From contig NMRA01001072.1 of assembly GCA_002633005.1 (NCBI GenBank), forward strand, positions 1-60,077: 60,077 bases of DNA, read 5' to 3'. Below are positions 13,280-26,749 of the stretch, piece after piece (positions within the stretch are counted from its first letter, which is position 1; each line of letters opens with the position of its first letter). The notes under the pieces were generated by a model that made no database searches, was not told the origin of the DNA, and worked only from the letters and a program-made list of their open reading frames with translations. Both the position numbers and the translations under genes were made by a program. The stretch is from Phoronis australis (lineage: Eukaryota > Animalia > Phoronida).

Positions 13280-15267
13280 TTTGAATGTAACAAAGATTTC
13301 TTTTGAGATACAAATCCATGCCTAATGCTGAGTGTTCAAAGCTCATGCAAGTACAGTGTAGTATTTGACTTCACGTTTAAATGAACTTTATTCTTTCATT
13401 TTCACATTTTGTGTTTTGCTAATTTTTTTATCCATTCTGGTTTCAAGACATGGTAATTTGTAACTAATATGTTTTCGGTATACCTTTAGGCTTGTAGGAT
13501 TTGAGTTTTGTAGTATTTTTATTAGAGCTACTTGGTTTACTCCATATGTGAAATATTTTTGAAAACAAGGTGAAACTTGTTAGTTAATGATTAGTAATCA
13601 ATAAATTAGTTTAGACTATAGAAAATTTGAACTAGCCTCTATATGTAGTATCTGTTATCAACTACGCCTTTTGTTTTGTTTATGTATTTGTATGTTGACG
13701 TGTGTGACGTGTGGATGCCAAAGGTCAAAAGTGTGAATTATTTATTCATTTTCACAATGGTTAACATATTGTATATTAGTAGTAAGCAATATTATACATG
13801 TATGCAGGGTACTCATTTTGTTGAAAGGGATTTTAAATTAATTTCTAGTCAGTGGGATTCTTGGGTCTTTTTTGAGTTGTGTCACTTCTTGTTCTAGAGA
13901 GTTTTAATGAACAATGATGTTGACTATGAAATAAAGTCAGAGAAATGAGACCCATGCAGTGAATTTGATAGATATTGAAATATTCACTGAGAAAAAAACA
14001 TTCACTGAGAAAAAATTCCGGTGAATTTAATTAATCTTCATGGACCGGATATGCATTTCACCTTTTTACCCCGATATAGATACCCTACCCTGTAACATTA
14101 TTTTTACCGCATTGTAGAAGCTGAACCCTGTAACATTATTTCGGAATTTAATTCAGAAATAGTAGTTATTTGTGGAAAGTGGAAGTTGGTTCAAAACTAT
14201 GAACTAGATTGCTGCAACTATACATACTAGATTATCCTCAGGCAAGAGTTGATATTCTCAAGGTCATGGATAATATTTATTGGCGACACTGAGGCAACCC
14301 AAAATTGGAAAATTGGTTTATACCCAACTTGCCTTTTTTCTTAATCACAGTAAAACCAACCTAAAATTTTCGCAGTGAACTGTGAAAAATGGATCATTCA
14401 TGATTCACTGATCCAGGATTAATTTAAGTGTTTTGGGAAGAATCGTTAAAGAATCTGTATACTTTTTGCACTTACATGTATATATAGGGAGGGAAGGACG
14501 TTGCTAATACAGGGTTTTACAAAAGTTGGAGTAAAATGGTCGCTTTGTTTTGTTAGTTAAACCATTTCAGTCTCTTTAAACTCATGCTTCTAGTATTCCT
14601 AGGGTGATGAATGTTTAGTGCTTTCTCCTTTATATCTGAAGCTGTTGTGATTTTTGGGACAGAAACACTAGGACTCATACCAACAGTATTTTGATTAGAA
14701 CTTTTTGATTTAATGTTGACCAGACTGTTAGTGTGTGCTCAGGTTTTCTTGGTCCCGTGGCTCTGTTATTGCAATGGGAAGAAAATGTTATACAAGAAGA
14801 AGTGTGGATTAAAATGTCCATCTTTTGACTTTTGTCCCGTTGAAAATATTTCAACAGAGCAAAAACATCTCCCACTAACATTACCCGTATTATAAGAGGG
14901 GTGGTTCAATGTAATATGCATTGCAGTGTTTTTTCTAGTGTACGAACTATTTTCCCTTGAGAGCTTAGCGTCCTAATTAATAGAGACAAAATCGGGCGTA
15001 CGATTTATTAATATGAACGTCACATGTTCGAATTATTTGAGATGAAGATTGACGATCACAATGACTGCAACAGCGGTCTCCGAAAAGGTGATTTGGTATT
15101 GTGAATTATGTTAGAACAAGTAAAAAATTATTTTCTCAGGTGATGGATTTACTTCGAAATATTATTTTTGAACTCTTAGTCACTTTACTTTCTTCCCATG
15201 TTCGCAAACTTCAGCAACCACGCCACCTTCGGTAACTCCGTCCAAAATATTACATATAATCAGAATA

Positions 15268-17992
15268 TAGGCCCTTAGGAAGGTAAAAATTATTGGGGGG
15301 GGGACGCAAACCATTTCGACTTTGTCAAACGACCCCCCCATTGCCACCGTGCTCACAATACCATCATATTTTACCGAATCTCGCACGTCCTCCCTGTGTG
15401 CGAGACAACGGCGCTTATTTAGGGGTGGCCAAGGGGCTATTGCCCCCCTAAATTTCTCCCAGATTCCAGTATGGACCCCTAAAATTCTCCCAGATTCCAG
15501 ATGGCAGTTTTGGGATACGAATTTCTGATGGGTAAAACCCTGGCAAATACCCCCTCCCCCAACACAAAATCCTGAATCCGCTTCTGGAACAGCCCCACTG
15601 ATGGAGCCTTCAAGAGTTGAGTAGCCGTGAAGCAACGGGGAGAGTAAGATGTACCCGAGGACCAGTAAACTGACTGGTAGCGCTTAGCTGCCTCAATTAG
15701 CTATAGCCGAGCTCTAACAGTGTGAAAATACAAAATTCCCGATAAACTAAAGCTAGTTGCTGGTCAGCTCAGCTGTGATTCACTTGGGACAGGCAGCTCT
15801 TATCGGCCGTCTGCGCTCGCTTTACGGTCAAGATTCGTTTTATCGTGATCCAGTTTCAGGAAAACTTCATTTCCTCATGGTCATTGTTTCAGGAGTTTTT
15901 TGAAAAGGTGAGGCCCCGAAGTCCTTGGTATAGTGGTCTCCTTGGGGCTGTTTCAAAATCTATCGTTAAAACACGACCGGTAGTCCATTTTCTGGTGATT
16001 GGGGAAAATGATAGTTTGTCTCAGAAATAGACACACTTCTTGAACGCCTGGAGTTCAAATTCAGTTCTCTTGGATCATTGAGACTCTGCGCTAGCCTACT
16101 GCAGGTTTACATCTTATTTTTAACGTGGGTACGCGAGACATAGCGTGCACGCGAATCAGGACAAGCAATCAATTCAGTTTTGAACAGCTATTCATTGTTC
16201 AATACTACTGGAAGCTAAGAACACCGATTAAGTGCAAAGACAACCTATCCAAGCAATCAGTTTAATTTTATTTATTTAGGGATTCCTAAAATGTTTTTTC
16301 TTCCTAGGGTTTGTGAGTCCGAATTTCAGCAATGTCTTTGAGAGTTATTTTAGATATTCAAATATCGTCTATAAATGTACATTAGTATTTGGGGATCTTG
16401 TGATAGAGTTTTCCAACTTCAAGCTGCAATTAAATTCAATGAAACACCATCAATTCTTACAAGATTAGCGTCTAATTGGCAAAAACCACCTATGAATCTA
16501 TCGATTTCTGTACTACATGAAGAGATAAACCAGAAATCAACGAATCTGTGTATCAAAACTAAATGTTATAGGCGATTTCCGCAAGCATGCTTGCAGACAT
16601 TCATGTATGAAGGGTAACTGGGGAATACATGTATGGGAGACGTGGCATTCGTATTAAAGTGTATTATTGCTTCATTTCTGAGGTACCTACAACTGTCCAC
16701 GAGGTAACCTCGATCTCTATTGACAAAAAAGAAACGCTGAAATCTTTTTATGATTGCGAGGGTTCTTTGAGTACACCTTTTGACATGTACACAGTCTTCA
16801 GAAATAGTAGCTTCGACAGCAGTGTTTTCCACATGTTGGAATTCCTTACAAAGAACTCATAGTAACCATCTTAAAAAGAGATACTATTCTTGTGATTCTA
16901 CGTTAAACAGTCACACTATTTTTAATTAACCATCTGAAAAAGTCATTTGGTGTAATTCAAAAATAGTGGTCTTCACCTTCCTCAAAATACCCTTTCGATG
17001 GTGGCAATCCTACTGTATTTTTTCACACTTTTGGTTGTTCGGCTCGAATGGCTGTGCTGTGCCCAATTTTTTGTGTTTTTTGGTGAATTTGGAATCTCCA
17101 ATTCGATCGCGCATACATGGCAATGTCGGATTTAAATGTATAGAGAGACATAGAACATTCCAAGGGACTGCTCCACCGAGAGAGGGTACTGTCTGAAATT
17201 GGAAACCTCTTAAAAGATGAAAGGCTATACATCAGTAAGTTTAGGAAAAAGAGTGACAGTGCGTTCCCCCGTTGTGTGGTCTCAAAACGATGCAGGGAGT
17301 GACCTTCTTCAACATGAAAGCCGGTTGCAGGATTTCACAAATAACAGGAAAATCGATTCCAATATTGAGCCCTCTTTCCATGAGCGGCCCCTTAAGAATT
17401 TGTCAATAAAAACACAAAAAGGGTGGTCACTTGAATGTCTTCAATAGCCTCCTTCAAGGGCGGGGTCCCTAAATATGAAAACATCTATATTTTCAAATAT
17501 CAGGAAATGGGCAGCAACTGATGTTATCACTCAAGTCATCAATTTTTCTCAAATAATATATAGTTTCGAGAAAGTTGTCTTTGTTATCCCCAGGTTTTCC
17601 AGAGAGAGGCATCTGGAAAAATATAGTTTTGCATTCGCAAAATTGACTGATTGAATTTTAGAATCCAGTAAGTTAGTACACTCCGTAAAAGCTTAACTTA
17701 ACAATGTTTCTCGATTTTTGAAATATACAGTACGTACAGTATGTCGTTGATTTCGTAAACGTTTTCAAGTGCGTATAGACGACCTGTGATGCAAAAGTGG
17801 AAACCCTAAAAACAATGTCCTGGCCATTTTTCTCAAAAGGTAAACCATAAAAGTTCTCCTGAATTTTGTCTGTTATCCGTATTTCGCAGTCTTTCTTTTC
17901 TCGACTCTCCCCGACCCCACGCCTATGTCGGTTGCCACGGTTTAACCCTTACGCCTGAAATTTTTTGGGGGCTCGTGGTTCCTACGGCGCTG
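15268..17992. mobile_element. Degenerate hAT-like insertion specific to copy A, with a nested MITE
   Basis: Imperfect TIRs TAGGCCCTTAGGAA / TTCCTACGGCGCTG. The segment is absent from copy B at about 32275. The TSD is degenerate (GAATATA vs GTATATA). Confidence 0.6.
15408..15586. mobile_element. Short GC-rich MITE (same family as 42906-43203)
   Basis: Shares GGCCAAGGGG..GCCCCC..AAATT.CTCCCAGAT and ..CAAAATCCTG(A/G)AT with the second copy. Confidence 0.55.
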
Positions 17993-18544
17993 GTATATAC
18001 AGAGGAATGCTTAATTATATTTACAAATTGAAGCCAACTTTTGGGAGTACCAATAAGGGATTTCGTCAGGCTTTGTGCTTTTAAGCAACATGTGATTGCG
18101 TTACAAAACTGGAATTTAGCCTCTATTGAATAAAGCGACAATGTTAGTGGAATCAAGTTTTCTGTACCTGTTAAGCAAAAACTTCAGATTATCAAACATT
18201 TCAGGAAATTCGGATGTACTTGGCGTGATGAAAATCGCTGTATTGTTCGAGCGTCTGGAATATCCCAGTACTCTTCGTTTCCTGTGCAGTTAAATAAGGT
18301 TTGGGGAAAATGAATGGAAGTTTCTAAATAGGCAAAATGGCTCAATGTACCTAAAATTGTGTCTACGTTTGTCACTGTTAAGGAACAGTCCATATATCAA
18401 CTGTATGAGCTAATAACACGAATGCCGGGAAGTTCAAATAATTTGCAAGTCACAGGCAAATCTGAAACTGCTAGGACTACACAATTATTTTACATATACA
18501 CTGTGTGTGATGTGCAATCCATACTTAACTGACATTCTTTTCAG

Positions 18545-18640
18545 ATTGAAAGAGCCATCGAACATGACGACTGTCCTCAGGCTACTGTAATGAACTTTAT
18601 ACAACGTGGTTGGGACGTCGACCAGCCACTGGACGGGTTC
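18545..18640 (+). CDS. Ankyrin-repeat gene exon 2A (IERAIEHDDCPQATVMNFIQRGWDVDQPLDGF), N-cap-like repeat
   Basis: TTTTCAG acceptor with an upstream CTGAC branch-like motif, 96 nt open, GTAAGT donor, phase 0-0. The G-x-DVD ending resembles an ankyrin repeat tail. It is better conserved with copy B than the flanks are. Confidence 0.75.
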
Positions 18641-19504
18641 GTAAGTACATAACCAAGCTGCTGATCTCAAGCTAACCGTGAAAACATCGTTTTTATGCAG
18701 TTGTTGCGTTATATGTTGAAAGCCACTATGTTGAATATTGTATTTGTTGTATATGTCATCAATCTAAAGTGTTAAACATTTACGCACGTAATAAGGCTCG
18801 ATTACCTCATTTCTTGGTCTATTGGCTGCAGTCAAAGTTTCAGATTCCAACACAATTGTTTGTTATTGGCTTCCACGTGCATGCAATGGACTTCATACCT
18901 GTATCTTGAGGTGCGGCGGCACTAACCTAAAGATGGTTTTTCATTCAAAAAATGCTTTACGTTACAGTATTTTATTATCGTTTTATTGATCGATGCTATT
19001 ACTGATTATTTCTCGTGGTGTTTTTTCATTAAATAAGACATTTCCTATTTTTATTAGCGACGGGTCCAAGTGGCAGTGGCCTACCCCTGAATTGTAATAC
19101 TGACACAGTTGCGTTGTGAGGCTAGTGTTTAAGATGTTTATTTTTGCTTTGTTTGGTCGTACATTTACTGTATTTAGTAAAACTGATCCTACCGTTAAAT
19201 AGGACATCCTTTGCTACCAAAGATTATTGTCATACCTCCACACTGTTAAGCACCATCAAAAATATTATATTGAGAACATGGACACGTGACCCTCATGGCG
19301 GGAAGGTTGTTTTTCTGAATTGTGCGGACTCTCCCATCTAACAATAACGAAATTGATATAGTTTGAAGACAGAACCGACAGTAATTCATCTCACATGATT
19401 AGGAATAACTACCAGACCCCGACAAGTGGCAGAAAAAGAACACCATGCCGAAACTCTAGTGAACTCCGAGCTTCGACGTCAAAAAACCTCTGAAGCAACC
19501 GACA

Positions 19505-20230
19505 ATGGACGCCATATTGACAGGAAAGGGACAAAATGTCACCAAGAAGACTCGGTCATTGAAAGATGAACTAAACGAGGCACTCATGGACTCAGATATC
19601 CAGTCACTGTTTACAAACATGATAAAGCCCTTAATTGACGCTGGTTGGTCTGAAATGTATAAAGCACTAGAGCTTCAATACGATCAAAAAATGGCTGAAA
19701 AGGATTAAAAAATAACAACACTTGAAAATCAACTCGACAAGCTGAAGCAAGAAAGTGGCTCTCAGATACACAGGTTGGAATCTGATTTGGATGAGCTTGA
19801 ACAGTATAGCCGCCGAAACTGCGTTGTAATCAGCGGAATAAAAGAAACTGACAAGGAGTGCACAGACGACATTGTTATTGGTCTAGCTAAAAGAATTGGT
19901 GCTACCGTTGAGAAGTCTGACATATGTCGCAGTCACCGCCTAGGTAAAAAAATCCAAGGTAATGCCAAGACGAGGTCAATTATAGTGAAATTTACGAATT
20001 ACAATGCAAGAGCCGAATTCATGAGAAATAAAAAGAAATTGAAAACTGAAGCTGGCAAGATCTACGTTAACGAGAATCTGACCAAAAAACGAGCACAGTT
20101 GTACAAGGCTTGTAGAGACCTGGGCGCCCGGATTCAGAGTTGCTGGACATATGATGGAAGAATTTATTACAAGAACTGGGCCAATGAAATTAAACCGGTG
20201 AGCAGCATGGAAGATTTACAGGGCATCTAA
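19505..20230 (+). pseudogene. LINE ORF1 (coiled coil + RRM + CTD) with an in-frame stop at 19706-19708
   Basis: ORFs 19505-19708 and 19775-20230 are in the same frame. Motifs DELEQYSRRNCVVISGIKE, DICRSHRLGK, RSIIVKF and IYVNENLT are typical of L1/Tx1-type ORF1. Confidence 0.85.
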
Positions 20231-21208
20231 TTCTCAGATCAACATTATACACGCAAGCCAGATTATAATACAGTAGTGCAATAGTTTCCAACGTCTTGTA
20301 TTCAGCTTTTGGTAAGATTACTCACTTTTGTACTATAGTCTGCATGAAAGATGGCTTAATTTTCCTTTTTCCGTAAAGTTGATTGAGTTATACGGTAATT
20401 CCAATGCTTCGCATTATCCATTTAACCTTTAACTGCTTCTGTACTCCATGTGCAATTGCCAAACTACAAGTGTAGCCTACCATAATTGTCAGGTACTTGG
20501 GACCCTGTTGAGAGACCTCAGTACAAACGTACTTCTCATACTTCCGGTAGCCATTACTGTGTATATGATTAGCCTATTTTTTTTTTTCACGTTAGCCGTT
20601 GTGCCCAACGTATCGTTTTCACAGCTAACATATACCTGCTACTCAGGCTATGTTCGTGACAACCGTGTCGCGTAGTCTTATTGTTGTAGCTGTGTCCTAT
20701 TTTGTTCTGTTTTGGTCTAAGCGTCATATAGCTTCATGCTGGGCAATCTATCTGGGAGGCTATTTATGAGAGGGCTTTGTATTGCGTCTAGCCACAGAGT
20801 GCGGGCAACCTTATTATTTTATGTGTGTGATCTGTTTGCTCTGTGCGGGCGTCCCGACAAGTCTCAAACCCATACTATAGAGCCAAATCACTTTACTGAA
20901 ATGTAGTTATCCTTAAATTTCGTTCTACTTGTTTTTTGTATGAGACCGTGTGGGCAATGCTTCTAAATGTTTTTATTATAGTCTCATTATGAAAAATACT
21001 GGGAGAATAAGCCTTACGATGAGGATCAGTTTTTCTATCCTATGTTACATCATATTTCACATCGATGTTGCACTCTGTGAAATCTATGATGTGCTCGTGG
21101 ATGTGTTTGTATTGTTTTTGTTTTGTTTTGTGTGTATGTGGTGTGAATGGGTCAGGATTGTACCATTATTATTTGATTGTCATTTGATATATGTGCATAA
21201 CCGTTGTA

Positions 21209-24200
21209 ATGATGACAGGTGAACTTAAAGTAACGTCATTGAACTGCAGAGGGCTGGGTCTCCATGAAAAACGAAAAGATGTACTCAATTATTTAAGAGA
21301 AAAACAATACTCCATCTATTGCCTACAGGACACACACTTTACTAAGAGAGAAGAAAACAATATTAGATCAATGTGGGGATATGAATGTTTTTTCAATTCA
21401 AATTCCTCAAACTCCCGTGGAGTGGCGATCCTCTTTAAGAACACTTTTGAGTATAAATTACATAACATTAGGCAAGACTACAATGGTAATAAATTAATTT
21501 TGGATATTACTATTAATGAGACAAGAATTACGTTAATTAATACGTATTGTCCGAATAGGGACTCGCCGTCTTTTTTTGAAAGAATAAAACAAGATATTCA
21601 AGATATAGGAAATTACTCTGTTATTTGGGCAGGCGATTTTAATCTTGCTCTCGATCAGTCTAAGGACACGATTAATTATCGACAGGTTAATAACCCAAAG
21701 TCACGGATTAAGTTGATGGAGATTTGTACAGAATTGTCTATTGTTGATGTGTGGCGGGAACTAAACCCCAGTAGTAAAGAATATACTTGGAGAGCTGGAA
21801 GTAAACGATCCAGACTAGATTTTTTTCTAATTTCTGAAAACCTTTTAGCTGATATTGACGACTCCATAATAGAATTCGGTTACCGTTCCGATCATTCAAT
21901 GGTAACGGTTTTTTTTAAAAGTGATGTTTCCAGGAGGAGAAAATCATTTTGGAAGTTTAATAATTCTCTCCTAAAAAACTCTGAGTATATTGCTGCAGTC
22001 AAGAATACTATTAAATTAGTTAAACAACAATATATGACTGACGACATTCAGGCTGTTGATAGTACAAGTAATTCAGATTTACAATTGTCTATAAATGATC
22101 AACTTTTTCTTGAAACGTTGTTGATGGAGATTCGCGGCAAAACAATTTCCTTTGCCACTTACTTAAAAAGAAAATGTGACAGAGTTGAACAGCAACTTAT
22201 CAAAGAAATAAGCTTGTTGGAAAAAAGTCTAAGCCTTGACAGGGAACTACTGGAACAAAAAAATAATTTACTTGCTGAGCTAAGGCAAAATAAGTTAAGA
22301 GGTCTTATGACTAGGTCGAGAGCAAGATGGATTGAAGAAGGTGAAAAGCCTTCCAAATATTTTCTTCACTTGGAAAATAGGCATTACACAAGTAAGTTTA
22401 TGCCTTTTTTGTGGAAATCTGACAATACTAAAACCAATAGTGAAGAAGAGGTTATTCAGGAAACCAAAACTTTTTATGAAAATCTATACAAATATAGACA
22501 TACTAACAATACTTCTTTAAAAACTCTTCTTGATAATGTTTGTGTCTCCAAGCTGAATGAGACAGAAAAAGAAAAATTAGAAGGTCTTCTTACATATGAA
22601 GAAGTCACACAATGCTTGAAAAAAATGAAAAACAACAAAAGCCCAGGCTCTGATGGTTTTTCAGTGGAATTTTTGAAATTTTTTTGGGCTGACATTGGAC
22701 ATTTCGTTGTTCGCTCACTTAATACAGGTTTTGCTGTTGGCCAGTTATCCTCAACACAGAAAGAGGGAGTGATCACCTGCATCCCTAAGGGAGCAGATAA
22801 AAGTAAACATTATTTGAAAAACTGGAGACCCATATCCTTGCTCAATGTGACATATAAATTGGCTTCTTCGGCAGTAGCTGAACGGTTAAAATCCGTTTTG
22901 GGAAAAGTAATCAGTAGGGATCAGACAGGTTTCGTTTCTGGAAGAAATATGAACGAAAATATCCGAGTGCTATATGATTTAATGTTTTATGCCCAGGCAG
23001 CTAACAAACCTGGATTGCTTTTGCTGATTGATTTTGAGAAAGCATTTGATTCATTGTCGTGGAATTTTATTCAAAAAACTTTATCTTTCCTTAATTTTGG
23101 TTGGTCGATCAGAAGGTGGGTGAAAGTCTTTTACAGTAATATTAAGTCCTGTGTTGTCGTAAATGGTCACCCATCTTCTTGGTTCAATATTTCACGTGGC
23201 TGCAGACAAGGTGACCCATTGTCTCCCTACATTTTTATATTGTGCGCGGAGATTTTGGCGTACTTAATCAAGAATAATAAAAATATTGCTGGTGTAGTTG
23301 CTGGGAATAAGGAATATTTGATTTCGCAATATGCGGACGACACATCAATTACGTTGGATGGGTCGAATTTGTCATTGACTACCACACTGAATGTACTACA
23401 TTTGTTTGCTAGTGTCTCCGGTCTCCAAGTGAATGTGGATAAAACAAAAGCCATATGGTTTGGAAGTAAAACTGGTAGTGATGACGTGATTCCTACAAAA
23501 GAAAGTCTGTCTTGGACAAAAAAATCATTTAAATTTTTGGGGGTGGATTTTGACACTCAATTGGATAGTATGACGCATAAGAACTTCACTGCAAGAATAA
23601 CTGAGATCAAGTCTTTACTAAAAAGTTGGAGTCGACGAAATTTAACGCCGTTTGGTAGAGTAACGGTAATTAAAACATTAGCTATTTCTAAACTTAATTT
23701 TTTGTTGTCAAGTTTACCAAATCCACCAGTAAAAGTCTTGGGTGAATTGAATACTACTTTTTTTAGATTTGTATGGCAGGCCCGTAATGATAAAATTAAA
23801 CGAACTACGGCCTGTTTAGGACTTGATCAAGGGGGAATTCAAATGGTTAATATGCATACTTTCAGCAAAGCTTTAAAACTCGCTATGGCCCGAAGATATC
23901 TTGAAAGCCCTGCGTCTAAAAGTGGTGAATTACTGTACTCACTCTACCCGTTCTTAAAGAATTTTGCTTCATTTGGAGATGACTTTATTAAGTCGAAGTT
24001 AACTCTAATTGGTAATTCCTACTGGCGCGACGTATTTGAAAGTATGTTATCTTTCTACAAGAAAATAATTGTTGCAAGTAAAGAGGACTTTTTGAACCAA
24101 CCTTTGTGGTTTAATAGTAACTTGGCGATCGGAGGCACAGGTGTTTTTTATAAGCCTTGGTTTGTAAAAGGCTTAAGATTTATTAGAGATATGTATACCT

Positions 24201-24993
24201 CTGATGGTGATTTTGTTAGTCTGAACAATATGAAAAATAGGTTCGACGTGAAAACCAACTTTGTAGAATATAATGGTGTTGTTTCTGTTCTAAGAAGGTT
24301 TCAAAAAAGTCTATTTCAAAGTAAATTTAAAAGTGTCAATGTCTACTGTCCTTGTATGCCTTTAGCAATTACTCACTTACGGAAAGATTTGAAAGGTTGT
24401 AGACATATTTGTTCAGTCTTTAATAATGTTAAGAAACCTAAGTCAGAGTGTAAATGGGAAATAGAGCTAGGAGATAGTTTAGATTGGAAGAAAATATATG
24501 CTTTACCTTACAAAATTACAAAGGATTCCCATATTAGATGGTTCCAATTTAGAATACTACATAGAATTATTGCAACAAATACCTTTTTAGTCAAAATATG
24601 TGTTAGGGATTCTGATCTATGTTCCTTTTGTAATAAAGCTCCAGAGACGCTGTCACACCTTTTTTGGAATGTAGCTTTGTACAAGATTTCTGGAAGGAAT
24701 TCGGAAAGCTACTTCAAAAGTGTGGCATTCAGCTTCCCAACTGTCTGTCTTACGATAGTGTTATTCTTGGACTTTACAAGACGCATGATTTTCTGTTTAA
24801 CATTTTGCTTCTACTAGCTAAACAGTACATTTACAAGGAGAGATGTCACAAAAATATACCAAATTTTCTCAAGTTCGTTACAAAAACTTATGAATACTAT
24901 AATGCTGAAAAATTTAATGCACAAAAAAACTTTGTATATGACAGCTTCTCTGCGAAATGGGAAAATTTTATTGTTCATGTTAACTTCATGTAG
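21209..24993 (+). CDS. LINE ORF2: AP endonuclease + reverse transcriptase + C-terminal zinc knuckle, frameshifted near 24668
   Basis: APE motifs SLNCRGL, CLQDTH, AGDFN, RLDFF and SDH. RT motifs KSPGSDG, WRPISLLN, DFEKAFDS, GCRQGDPLSP and QYADD. CSFC..ETLSHLFW continues as ECSFVQDFW.. in the next frame (1-nt deletion). Confidence 0.93.
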
Positions 24994-25868
24994 AAGATGT
25001 TTACTTTAAACGATATATGAGAATGGTCTTCCTGAGGTGTGCATGCGTGAATGAATGGTGTACTTATTTGTTTGTTTGTTTTTTGTAATTGTTTGTAAAT
25101 GATAATAATAAATACAAAAAACTCAAAAAAAAAAAACTTTCTTCGACTACGGATTGTGTGTATTGGTTAAAATCTGCGTAGTTCCTTACAGTGTGTTCTA
25201 ACCATTTAATAAGAGTAATAAGGGGCTTCTATAAGTTAACAGCACTTTAGGCATTAATTATGCACGTTTTAAGCCCCAAAACTTTTTGATTAACAATCCA
25301 ATGTCGATTGCTAAATGGATATGAAATGCAGCTTTAAATATACTTTGCTATTTATGAAGGGGAGATAACTTCGCAATCAGTGTGTGCTCGTGCACGGGGT
25401 CCGAATCTGAAACAGATTTCAGAAAATCACACTTCTTGCCTATAATCATTCCATAAGTTTTGTAGCATTACAAGGTGATTATACCCATTACGGCGACTAG
25501 TGCATGTTCATGTTTTCACATACATGTATACAATGGTGTGTTGAATACTCAGTTGACGTGCTTTTAAAATTCATCTCATGAAGGAAAATACGTACGGGTC
25601 CTCGGTCAAATTTTGCTATGACTCTAGTAAAAGTTGATCATTGCGTCACATTTATTGTGGCAGACAGCAATTGTTTGACATGGATGACGCTACGGGTACG
25701 CAGATAACTACATGTCGTTGAATTGTTAGGCTGCTGGGGAATGCGCTATGCAATTTAATTTTAAAGTAGGCAGAACGCGCCCGACTTTATGTTTATACCC
25801 GAGTTGCAGTGTGTTTCGTGTCAGTTTCAGGCGATAAAATATTTAACTGACATCAAAACGAAATTTCA

Positions 25869-26166
25869 GGATTGTTAGAAAACTACCTCGACCCGCACAT
25901 CCCTCGACGCCCTTAGCCCTCACACCCCTCGACCCACAACGCCCTCGACCGACAACCCCCTCGATCCACAACCTGAGGCAATAGAGGAATTTTTACGCTT
26001 TCTGTATAATTCATAATCTTATCACGTCGCTCAGCGACTTTCCAGCGACACACCTGGTCTGGGTCAATTGTGGTTATTAAAAAAACAGAAAGTGGCTTCA
26101 TAACGTGATCTGAAGCATCGTTCACAATACGGTGTCGAGACTGTCGAGAGGGTTATAGAACACTCT
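25869..26166. mobile_element. Short MULE-like non-autonomous element with CTCGACCC subterminal repeats
   Basis: Ends GGATTGTTAG / AGAACACTCT, flanked by the 9-bp near-duplication GAAATTTCA / GAAATTCCC. It is absent from copy A (~9830). Confidence 0.6.
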
Positions 26167-26749
26167 GAAATTCCCTGTGCGTGCGTATTCACTCGCTAAT
26201 TGAATCTTTACTGTTTTTGTATTGCGGATTAATTAAACACCAGTTGTAATTTTAGCTTCAGGCGTCTCGCATGATGCAATACACAATATTGAGAACACAT
26301 CTTTTGGTTTACGCACCATGCATAATGCAAGACACTCAATTTCGCGAAAAGCTTTTGCGATTGTCAGTTTTTAACAAAACCACAGCAAAGTTTGACGTTT
26401 TACATTTTTTTTGTTTTACAATTTTGGTCCCAGCTTAAAAATCTAGACGAGAACCCTTCCCAAAATAACATTGATTTCCCACTGCATTTTTTGTACTGTA
26501 TATACATGCATATGTAGCCTCACAACGCACTCTCAGAGTTTCCACAGCTACAATTGTCTCATAATTCAAAATATTTCTCTGTGTCCACGAAGATAGCAGG
26601 TTTGCATATACCGTAGTTCTGAAACATTTTAATTAAAGTTGTTACGACGTGTACATCAAAGAATTAACGTAGACAGAACGTCGATGACACAGAGTGTGTC
26701 GGGTGTGTTGTTGTTACTCCACACTGTACTTATTGTACTAGTTTTGTGA

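Larger units (their letters stand above)
9778..19273 (+). repeat. Segmental duplication copy A (paralogous to 25808-38760), carries exon 2A
   Basis: Collinear shared blocks: AGTGTGTTTCGTGTCAGTTTCA (9778/25808), CTGAACTAAAAATAC (~10797/~29642), GACTATGAAA..AAGTCAGAGAAATGAGA (~13922/~30632), exon 2 (18545/32698), AAATGCTTTAC..TATCGTTTTATTGATCGATGCTA (~18950/~38439). Confidence 0.9.
19277..25136 (+). mobile_element. Near full-length L1/Tx1-clade non-LTR retrotransposon
   Basis: ORF1, a ~1-kb spacer, ORF2 (APE-RT-CCHC), a GT-rich 3' UTR, AATAAA and a poly(A) tail ending ~25136. The 5' edge is placed where homology with copy B stops. No TSD was seen. Confidence 0.93.

Noticed and set aside
15140-15231. 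Conserved CAG|GTGATGGATTTACTTCG block in both duplication copies as a possible exon
   Set aside because: Copy B has no matching donor, the peptide is unrecognisable, and the conservation is explained by the duplication.
21676-23556. Several minus-strand ORFs within the LINE
   Set aside because: They are antisense shadows of ORF2.
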